Shown here in pieces: positions 20,439 to 27,088 of a DNA stretch of 32,000 bases. Both the position numbers and the translations under genes were made by a program. Positions within the stretch are counted from its first letter, which is position 1; each line of letters begins with the position of its first letter. Under the pieces are notes generated by a model, which was given only the letters and a program-made list of their open reading frames with translations, was not told the origin of the DNA and made no database searches. The DNA lies in the NCBI RefSeq assembly GCF_000619845.1, contig NZ_JHUX01000004.1:60001-92000 (forward strand). The letters are read 5' to 3'. This DNA comes from Alkanindiges illinoisensis DSM 15370. Its GTDB lineage: Bacteria > Pseudomonadota > Gammaproteobacteria > Pseudomonadales > Moraxellaceae.

Positions 20439-21566
20439 TTAACCACGTTTGAGCAGCACTTGGCCGCCATGGGTTACCAACAGGGCTTTTTGAATTTCAT
20501 CGTCCTGGCTCAAAACCAGATTTTTTTCTTTATCAAATAAAGTTTCAACGAAATTCAACACGTTACGCGCATACAATGCAGACGCTTCAGTGGCCAGCGT
20601 GGCAGGAATGTTTGGGATACCCAGAATCTTGACACCATTGGCGGTTACAACGGTTTCACCAACCTGTGAGCCTTCCACGTTACCGCCCGTTTCAACTGCC
20701 ATGTCCAGAATCACTGAACCGGGTTTCATCTTGGCAACGGTGGTCGCATTGATCAGGCGTGGGGCATTGCGGCCAGGAATCAGTGCTGTGGTAATCACGA
20801 TATCCGCATTGGAAACGGCTTTGTCCACAATGGCAGCCTGATCCTTGATGTACTGCTCACCGGGCTGCCAGCCATAACCGCTTTTAGCAGCTTCGGCAGC
20901 ACGGGCTTTTTCTTCATCGGACATTGGCACATCAAGCCATTTGCCGCCCAGCGACTCAACCTGCTCTTTGGCGGTTGGACGCAGGTCAGTCGCTTCTACA
21001 ATAGCGCCCAGACGCTTGGCGGTTGCAATGGCCTGCAAGCCAGCAACACCAACACCCATAATCACAACACGGGCAGGTTTTACTGTACCGGCAGCGGTCA
21101 TCAGCATCGGGAACATACGCTGATATTCGTTAGCCGCCAGCAGTACCGATTTGTAGCCTGCAAGGTTGGCTTGCGAAGACAGCACGTCCATATTCTGGGC
21201 GCGCGACAGGGTACGTGGCAGTAATTCAAGTGCAAAAGCAGAAACTTGCTGGGCCGCAAACGCATCCAGCTCTGGATTACGGTACGGATCGAAAGTCGCA
21301 ACAATAATACTATTGGCTTCGAGCTGCTTAATTTCATCGCCAGAAGGCGCACGTACCTTAAGGATAATTTTACTGCCGGTATAGGCATTATCCGTCAGGG
21401 TTGCACCCACTTGTTCATAAGCACTGTCAATATAAGCGGCTCTAACGCCAGCACCGCGTTCAATCACAACGGTGTGCCCGCTTGCGGTCAATTTTTTAAC
21501 CGTTTCAGGTGTTGCAGCAACGCGTGTTTCGCCTGCAACCGTTTCGGCTGGAATTCCGATCTGCAT
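20439..21566 (-). CDS. pntAA: NAD(P) transhydrogenase subunit alpha part 1 (soluble dI, NAD(H)-binding)
   Basis: 375 aa. The alanine-dehydrogenase/PNT fold has a Rossmann motif [21 protein letters not shown]. Confidence 0.95.
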   Translation of the reverse strand: MQIGIPAETVAGETRVAATPETVKKLTASGHTVVIERGAGVRAAYIDSAYEQVGATLTDNAYTGSKIILKVRAPSGDEIKQLEANSIIVATFDPYRNPELDAFAAQQVSAFALELLPRTLSRAQNMDVLSSQANLAGYKSVLLAANEYQRMFPMLMTAAGTVKPARVVIMGVGVAGLQAIATAKRLGAIVEATDLRPTAKEQVESLGGKWLDVPMSDEEKARAAEAAKSGYGWQPGEQYIKDQAAIVDKAVSNADIVITTALIPGRNAPRLINATTVAKMKPGSVILDMAVETGGNVEGSQVGETVVTANGVKILGIPNIPATLATEASALYARNVLNFVETLFDKEKNLVLSQDDEIQKALLVTHGGQVLLKRG

Positions 21567-21825
21567 GAGAGGTCCTCAAGCTGGTTTTTTGTCTGCAAAA
21601 GCTCCTTTGTAAGAAGCTTCCCCCAGTAAATTTCCCGTAAAAGGTTTGCGATTGTACTCTAAATAATTAAAATTTGTACCTACTATTTCTTAGCTGAATA
21701 CCAATAAATTCTATTTTTCTTCAATTTTGACATTTTTACATGTCCAGTTGATAGATTTGGCTAATCTTGACAACTGCCTATTTCAAAAACACACTATTGC
21801 CCTGTCCTGCCGCGCTGCATTTAAC

Positions 21826-22818
21826 ATGTCCCGCCTTAACTCCTCTGCTTCCGGTTCAACTGCCCTGTTTGGTTCTATTTGCGTGCTTTTATCAGCGGTA
21901 TTATTTGCCATTAAAGCCATTTTAATTAAATACACTTATCAGTTATCACCTGATGCCGATGCAGTGACCGTGCTTGCCTTGCGCATGATGAGCGCGCTGC
22001 CATTTTTTCTGGCGATTGCCGTATTATCCAAAGCACCCATAAAATCAACCACATGGCGTGACTGGAGCTTGTTGCTGTTTGCTGGTTTTATTGGCTACTA
22101 CCTGGCGAGTATTCTGGATTTTATGGGGCTGATGTATGTGAGCGCCTCACTGGAACGGATTATTTTATTTTTATACCCAACGCTGACGGTGCTGGCCAGT
22201 GCTGCAATTTACCGTCAAAAAATTAACGGGCACACGTGGCTGGCTATTTTGCTGAGTTATGGCGGCACGCTGGTGGTGGTTTTTGGTGAAGGCTGGCAGG
22301 CGCTGCATGCCAACAATATTTTGCTGGGCAGTTCACTGGTATTTGCCGGAGCCATTGCCTACGCCAGCTATCTGGTGATGACACCCACCTTAATCAAGCG
22401 CTTTGGCAGTTGGCGCTTTACCGGACTTGCCATGAGTGTGGCCTGTATTGCAGCAATTGGTCATTATTTACTGGTAACACCACAGCCTGCGCAGCACCTG
22501 TTGCAACTGCCTAACGGCGTGATCTGGTATGGCATGGCATTGGGTTTTTTTTCAACCGTGTTACCTGCTACATTATTAATGCAAGGTATTGCCCGGATTG
22601 GTTCAGCTCAAGCAGCACTGATTAGTGCAGGCGGGCCAATTTTAACCCTGTTGCTGGCTGTGGCATTTCTGGGTGAACATTTAAACCTGATCCAGTGGAT
22701 TGGCTGTGCATTAAATATCACTGGCGTTTTAATGATTACACTAATGCCTAAAAAAACAGGGATGCCTAAAAAACCCGTACCTGCGCCCACTGCGCCTTCC
22801 ATGGAAAACCTGACCTAG
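21826..22818 (+). CDS. EamA/DMT-family transporter
   Basis: The track ORF starts at TTG 21727; ATG 21826 (MSRLNSSASGSTALFG...) gives 330 aa with about 10 hydrophobic segments in two EamA-like halves. Confidence 0.8.
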   Translation: MSRLNSSASGSTALFGSICVLLSAVLFAIKAILIKYTYQLSPDADAVTVLALRMMSALPFFLAIAVLSKAPIKSTTWRDWSLLLFAGFIGYYLASILDFMGLMYVSASLERIILFLYPTLTVLASAAIYRQKINGHTWLAILLSYGGTLVVVFGEGWQALHANNILLGSSLVFAGAIAYASYLVMTPTLIKRFGSWRFTGLAMSVACIAAIGHYLLVTPQPAQHLLQLPNGVIWYGMALGFFSTVLPATLLMQGIARIGSAQAALISAGGPILTLLLAVAFLGEHLNLIQWIGCALNITGVLMITLMPKKTGMPKKPVPAPTAPSMENLT

Positions 22819-22902
22819 CACAGAAGCGGCATGCGACCAGTTACAGCTTTTTAGGACAGAATCCTGTAAAATAAGGCGCTCTTCAATTGTCCTTTTGCGC
22901 CA

Positions 22903-23925
22903 ATGACCGCCTCTACTGCACCAATTTCCACAAGTCTTGTTCAGCCGCATCAGCGTATTTCTGTCGCGCCGATGATGGATTGGACCACAAAAGATTACCG
23001 CTATTTTGCACGGCTGTTTAATCCGCATGTCTGGCTCTATAGTGAAATGGTGACTACCGGCGCTATTTTATATGGCGACAAGGCACGTCATCTGGATTTT
23101 AATGCCGCCGAACAACCCCTAGTTTTACAACTGGGCGGTTCTAACCCTCAGGACCTAGCCACTTGTAGTAAAATTGCCGAAGACTGGGGCTATGCAGAAG
23201 TGAACCTCAATGTGGGCTGCCCCAGTGACAGGGTGCAGAACAATAAAATTGGGGCCTGCCTGATGGCTGAGCCAGAACTGGTTGCGGACTGTATTGCCGC
23301 GATGCAACAGGCCGTTGAGATTCCTGTGACCGTAAAGCACCGGATCGGGATTGATGACAGGCAATCCTATGAAGAAATGCTGCATTTTGTCGATACCGTG
23401 GCACAAACCGGCTGCACCCACTTTATTGTGCACGCACGCATTGCCCTGCTTAATGGTTTATCGCCAAAGGAAAATCGGGAAATTCCGCCATTGCGCTATG
23501 ATGACGTGTATCGGCTCAAGCAGGAACGTCCAAATTTAACCATTGAAATCAACGGCGGCATTCAAACGCTGGAAGCCACAACCGCACATTTGGCGCCGGT
23601 TGATGGCGTGATGATCGGCCGGGCGGCTTATCATGATCCTTATCTGCTGGCGCAGTGCATGCAACTATGGCAACAAACACCACCTGACCGTTTTGCCATC
23701 ATGCAGCAATTTTTGCCTTATATGGAACAGCGGCTTCAACAGGGTGCTTCATTAAGCATGCTGACCCGTCACATTCTGGGCTTATTTCAGAATATTCCCG
23801 GTGCACGTAAATGGCGGCAGAGCTTAAGTGGCAATAATGCCAAAACAATTGCTGATATCGAACGCGCATTAACTTATATGCAGGAACGTATTGATACAGC
23901 GACCCACTGTTTTGTGGCAGATTAA
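22903..23925 (+). CDS. dusA: tRNA-dihydrouridine(20/20a) synthase
   Basis: 340 aa. VAPMMDWTTKDYRYFARL, LQLGGSNP, EVNLNVGCPSDRV (catalytic Cys) and VTVKHRIGID are DusA hallmarks. The gene looks intact at both ends. Confidence 0.95.
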   Translation: MTASTAPISTSLVQPHQRISVAPMMDWTTKDYRYFARLFNPHVWLYSEMVTTGAILYGDKARHLDFNAAEQPLVLQLGGSNPQDLATCSKIAEDWGYAEVNLNVGCPSDRVQNNKIGACLMAEPELVADCIAAMQQAVEIPVTVKHRIGIDDRQSYEEMLHFVDTVAQTGCTHFIVHARIALLNGLSPKENREIPPLRYDDVYRLKQERPNLTIEINGGIQTLEATTAHLAPVDGVMIGRAAYHDPYLLAQCMQLWQQTPPDRFAIMQQFLPYMEQRLQQGASLSMLTRHILGLFQNIPGARKWRQSLSGNNAKTIADIERALTYMQERIDTATHCFVAD

Positions 23926-23985
23926 ATCTTGTATTTCAAACTTTTGCCATTTGTTCAAATTTAATGCAGCAATACGACTATAGGC

Positions 23986-24013
23986 TGGACAAAATCATAA
24001 AAATCGCTACACT
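23986..24013 (+). promoter_or_regulatory. Candidate promoter of tRNA-Pro
   Basis: TGGACA (23986-23991), a 16-nt spacer, then TACACT (24008-24013), about 11 nt upstream of the mature tRNA 5' end. Confidence 0.35.
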
Positions 24014-24022
24014 AGCTGACTG

Positions 24023-24101
<79 letters not shown>

Positions 24102-24168
24102 ATATAATCAATAAGTTAGATCAAAAATAAGAAAAACAGAAAAAGCAAAACGGTTAAATTTTAATCAT

Positions 24169-24195
24169 TCACCTACACATTCACCTACACTTTTG
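24169..24195 (+). repeat. Putative arm-type integrase binding sites (P' arm): tandem CACCTACAC units
   Basis: The 27-bp tcacctacacattcacctacacttttg is identical to 29968-29994. Internally it is two 10-bp units (minus strand GTGTAGGTGA-at-GTGTAGGTGA) with 12-bp periodicity, 64 bp from the core. Confidence 0.6.
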
Positions 24196-24254
24196 ATAAG
24201 GCTTAACTGCTATTAATAAAATTTCTTTAATTAATTGCTATATTCAAATTTTAC

Positions 24255-24638
24255 TTAAACCAGCTCAACTTTAAACAGCCTGTCAAACTCAGCATTGTTT
24301 TGTTCTTTGCGTCTGGCTTGTGGGGTCTCTAGTCCTAACAGTTTGGCTTTACTCATCGTTGCGCTAATTGCTGCGTTACACTGGCCATTCGCCAATGCCT
24401 GTACTCTCGTGGTTTCTAATTCTGTCAGTATGTCATGTAGCGTTATTTGTATTTCCTGGCTGGCCTGTTGCTGCCTTGCCTCAATGCTGCTTTTGATCTG
24501 GGGCTGCCTTAATAGTCGGCTGGCCTGCTGCTGGGCTGTTCTTGCGCTATAGCCTGCACTGATGGCGGCTTGCGTACCATTGCTGGATATAAGGTACTCG
24601 TCAATAAAGCGTTGCTGTATCGCGCTTATGCGGCTCAT
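24255..24638 (-). CDS. terS: Phage terminase small subunit (Terminase_2/P27 family)
   Basis: 127 aa. QQRFIDEYLISSNGTQAAISAGYSARTAQQQASRLLRQPQIKSSIE matches the conserved N-terminal HTH of Terminase_2 small subunits (FxxEYLxxxNxTQAAIxAGYSxxTA...LL). No large subunit is anywhere in the window. Confidence 0.88.
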   Translation of the reverse strand: MSRISAIQQRFIDEYLISSNGTQAAISAGYSARTAQQQASRLLRQPQIKSSIEARQQQASQEIQITLHDILTELETTRVQALANGQCNAAISATMSKAKLLGLETPQARRKEQNNAEFDRLFKVELV

Positions 24639-25266
24639 GGCTGGCCTGCCCCTAGCAATTGAAAGCTGATCTGATTATAGCCTGTTTTGCTTTGTTGTTA
24701 TTTTCAGCTATTCACGCCATGCGGCAAGGTTTTTCGGATATCAAAACGTGTTTAAACAGGTAAAGCCCTGTTCAGGTTTTAACGGTCTGGCTCTAGGTTC
24801 GCACCCAAGTTCGCACCAAAACCGCTATTTTTTGAGTTCACAAAAAAGGCAATGTTCAGGTTCAAAACCCGATAAAACGGCTTTTTAAAAGACTACCCCA
24901 TGAAAGGCGGGTTTTTGAGTTTTGGGAGTCCATAAAAAGGACGGGATAGCGGGAATCACACGGCTATTTTCGGACGCCTTTACGCGCGCGTACTGCTCCG
25001 AAAATTCACGCCCTTAGTAAATTGCAGGGTGTACGTGCGGGGCAGTTGAATTTTTAGACATCGTAGAACCTGATAAAACCTATTGTTTAACCCTCTACCC
25101 TCAGCTTTAAGACAAGCTAGATCAAACGGCTGTTAACTTTTGCAAAAGGGATTTTTTTTATACATGGGTTGGCCAGTGGTCTAGGATAAACAAGCCGCTA
25201 TACATTGAATATGCCCCCCCTCAATAACCCCTATACCTATGGTAGATTCTAAGAAGGTGTACAGAT

Positions 25267-25397
25267 ATTGGACGCAATGACTGTTTAAAAATAGCGTATT
25301 GAGTTCAATCATTGAACGCAATACTGCCTGTTTTGGTCACTATATAAACAATGCGTCCAGTTATTGAACGCATCGGATAAAAAAAATGGACGCATGA
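25267..25397. repeat. Iteron cluster (5 copies of TGRACGCA); candidate replication origin of the element
   Basis: attGGACGCAatg 25267, attGAACGCAata 25311, inverted caaTGCGTCCag 25349, attGAACGCAtcg 25363, aaTGGACGCAtga 25386. An AT-rich tatataaaca lies between them. The cluster sits immediately 3' of the Rep-like gene. Confidence 0.55.
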
Positions 25398-25417
25398 TCT
25401 ATTTTTACAGTGTGCTA

Positions 25418-25849
25418 TCAGGCGACTGCTGGCCGCCAGTGCAACCATTTTGCAGATGGGGCTTGAGTTGCTTTTACTTTACCGTCACACCCATCCACTG
25501 CCCATAAGGTAATAGCGTAAAGATTAGGCCTATTCTTGTCGGTTTCGCAAAAATTGACAGTCCGTGTTTGTTCAATCAAGCCGCGTGCCAATAGCTCATC
25601 AATGGCTTTTTTGAGCGTAGACTTTGAATTAATGCCCCATGCCTGAGCCTGGGTAAAGGTTGCACTCAAATCACCATTATTCACTGTAGTACCGCCCTTA
25701 AAGCGAACCTGTGACAAGATCAGCATAAATACCTTGTTTGCCATTGGCGACAGGGTGCGGAAACTCTCACTGTTCACAAGGCACGCAGGCAAAGGGTAAA
25801 AAATACCATTAACCCGCCGTTTGCTGTGCTTACTGCTTAGCTTGCTCAT
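25418..25849 (-). CDS. Putative winged-helix replication initiator (phage O / Rep N-terminal-like)
   Basis: The likely start is ATG 25849 (MSKLSSKHSKRR...), preceded by a GGGGG SD; 143 aa. LSPMANKVFMLILSQVRF...NGDLSATFTQAQAWGINSKSTLKKAIDELLARGLIEQ follows the wHTH pattern of phage replication-O-type initiators. The family call is from memory and weak. Confidence 0.45.
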   Translation of the reverse strand: MSKLSSKHSKRRVNGIFYPLPACLVNSESFRTLSPMANKVFMLILSQVRFKGGTTVNNGDLSATFTQAQAWGINSKSTLKKAIDELLARGLIEQTRTVNFCETDKNRPNLYAITLWAVDGCDGKVKATQAPSAKWLHWRPAVA

Positions 25850-25917
25850 TATGCCCCCATAGGGTGTAGCAGGTAGCAGCATAAAACTACGCTGCTACCT
25901 TCCTACTGCCCATGATT

Positions 25918-26358
25918 TTACTCATTCATTAGGGCATCATTTGCCGCGCCAGTATTAAAACCACGCCAAAAGTATCGCGCTACTCTAGGGTGTGGCCTGC
26001 CATTAAGGTCAAAGGCTTCACCATACACAGTAGTAAAGCAGTGTCCTTTGTCCTTTAGGCCTTTAATGCGTGCGGCTAGATGACAGACATTAAGCAGGGC
26101 ATCAGCTTCAAAACGGTTCAAGCCTGAGCCTGAGCTTTGCAGCATTTCAAGAACACGCTGTTCTTGGGCTTCACGCGATAACGATGAATTAGGCTTGACT
26201 GCCTGAGTTATCGTGCTACATTGACGTCGTTCAAGGCCTGCTTGCACTGGTAAATCTTGAGCGGCCTGTGTGTGGCTGTCACCACGCAAAGGCCACTGAT
26301 TCGGCTGCTTATATGCAGCCGTTTCTTTGTGCCCAAAATTATCTACTCGCTCATTCAT
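25918..26358 (-). CDS. Helix-turn-helix protein (HTH_39-like winged helix)
   Basis: The likely start is ATG 26358 (MNERVDNF...) with a GGGGG SD; it overlaps the upstream stop by 8 nt. The C-terminal half RVLEMLQSSGSGLNRFEADALLNVCHLAARIKGLKDKGHCFTTV resembles the pattern xLxxxEAxxxLxxxxLAARIxELRxxGxxIxT. Confidence 0.5.
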   Translation of the reverse strand: MNERVDNFGHKETAAYKQPNQWPLRGDSHTQAAQDLPVQAGLERRQCSTITQAVKPNSSLSREAQEQRVLEMLQSSGSGLNRFEADALLNVCHLAARIKGLKDKGHCFTTVYGEAFDLNGRPHPRVARYFWRGFNTGAANDALMNE

Positions 26359-26611
26359 GGCCTGCCCCCTGTGTGTTGGCATCATTCCTAGTGATGCCGT
26401 CTAGAATCTTTTGCAGTGTGCCTAGATGGATGACAAAGGCATTACTCCCATTTGCCAGTAGTCGGGTAATTTGTTTAGCCTCATTAATTGCAGCGCATGG
26501 GGTCATATCGACAAATACAACAGGCTCATCATTCATAACCGCATCAGCATAGCTTTCATGTTCCAGCACTGGCCGATACTCAACCACTAAAAACTCGTGA
26601 AACTGGCTCAT
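26351..26611 (-). CDS. Hypothetical protein (86 aa)
   Basis: The start overlaps the upstream stop (ATGA) and the stop overlaps the next start. It has a GGGGG SD and a coding-like composition, but I recognise no family. Confidence 0.55.
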   Translation of the reverse strand: MSQFHEFLVVEYRPVLEHESYADAVMNDEPVVFVDMTPCAAINEAKQITRLLANGSNAFVIHLGTLQKILDGITRNDANTQGAGHE

Positions 26612-26742
26612 GGGCTAACCCCCTGTAATGCAGGCATGACAGTTGAATAGCGCGCTTGCTGTGCGCTACAAGTCGTTAAAAAGGCAAAGCACAACATGCC
26701 TAGACAAATGGACTGTAAAACCTGAATTAAAAAATTATTCAT
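26608..26742 (-). CDS. Small hydrophobic peptide (44 aa), possible membrane or lipoprotein-like
   Basis: ATG 26742 (MNNFLIQVLQSICLGMLCFAFLTTCSAQQ...) overlaps the alpA stop by 8 nt (ATGAATAA) behind a GGGGG SD. It has one hydrophobic helix ending in a weak lipobox-like LTTC. The track's longer version (to 26796) overlaps alpA and is unlikely. Confidence 0.4.
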   Translation of the reverse strand: MNNFLIQVLQSICLGMLCFAFLTTCSAQQARYSTVMPALQGVSP

Positions 26743-26962
26743 GGTCTGCCCCCGCATCTGTCGTAGCAAGGGACTGCAAAAATGAATCAATATCACTTTG
26801 CAGCCATGCAGTGACGTTGGCCGATAATTTATAAGGCTTGGGATATTTGCCTGACTTTACACCGCGCCACCAGCTTGAACGGCTGACAGGATAACGGCTT
26901 AGAATTTCAGGTAGGCGCACAAAACGGACGTTTGCGCCTGTAGGGAGTGTATTGTGTTGCAT
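26735..26962 (-). CDS. alpA: AlpA-family phage regulatory protein / excisionase-like HTH
   Basis: 75 aa. RFVRLPEILSRYPVSRSSWWRGVKSGKYPKPYKLSANVTAW matches the Phage_AlpA (PF05930) consensus (rLpeV...g.SrstiyrlvkxGxFPxPxKlgxrxxxW). Confidence 0.9.
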   Translation of the reverse strand: MQHNTLPTGANVRFVRLPEILSRYPVSRSSWWRGVKSGKYPKPYKLSANVTAWLQSDIDSFLQSLATTDAGADHE

Positions 26963-27035
26963 GGTGAGCTATGCCCTTGTGTTATACGGTATGAACCGCG
27001 TTAAGGGCATCATGCAGGATTGATTTTAATTATTG

Positions 27036-27088
27036 TTCCAAGTTAAAAAGTTTCATTCCAATTTGGAATTAGCTTTTCTTATTTGGAA
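27036..27088. promoter_or_regulatory. Four-half-site dyad-symmetric operator-like element upstream of alpA
   Basis: TTCCAA(27036)-N14-TTCCAA(27056)-T-TTGGAA(27063)-N14-TTGGAA(27083). The central 15 bp ATTCCAAtTTGGAAT is a perfect palindrome. The right half is part of a 20-bp tandem duplication (27061-27080 and 27081-27100, 19/20). Confidence 0.5.

Noticed and set aside
20101-21566. The split pntA (375 aa plus 108 aa) as a frameshifted pseudogene.
   Set aside because: The two parts are separated by 11 nt, with a dedicated AAGGAG SD overlapping the first stop. The break falls exactly at the dI/dII domain boundary. This is the known natural three-subunit transhydrogenase organisation.
26351-26742. 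The small overlapping gene pair (44 aa plus 86 aa) as a toxin-antitoxin module.
   Set aside because: Overlap and size alone are not evidence. Neither product shows any TA family motif I recognise, and the whole operon uses the same coupling architecture.
26268-26834. Plus-strand ORFs inside the island (26268-26552 and 26643-26834).
   Set aside because: They are antisense to the tightly coupled minus-strand operon, which has SDs and overlapping stop/start codons. They have no SD and implausible products.
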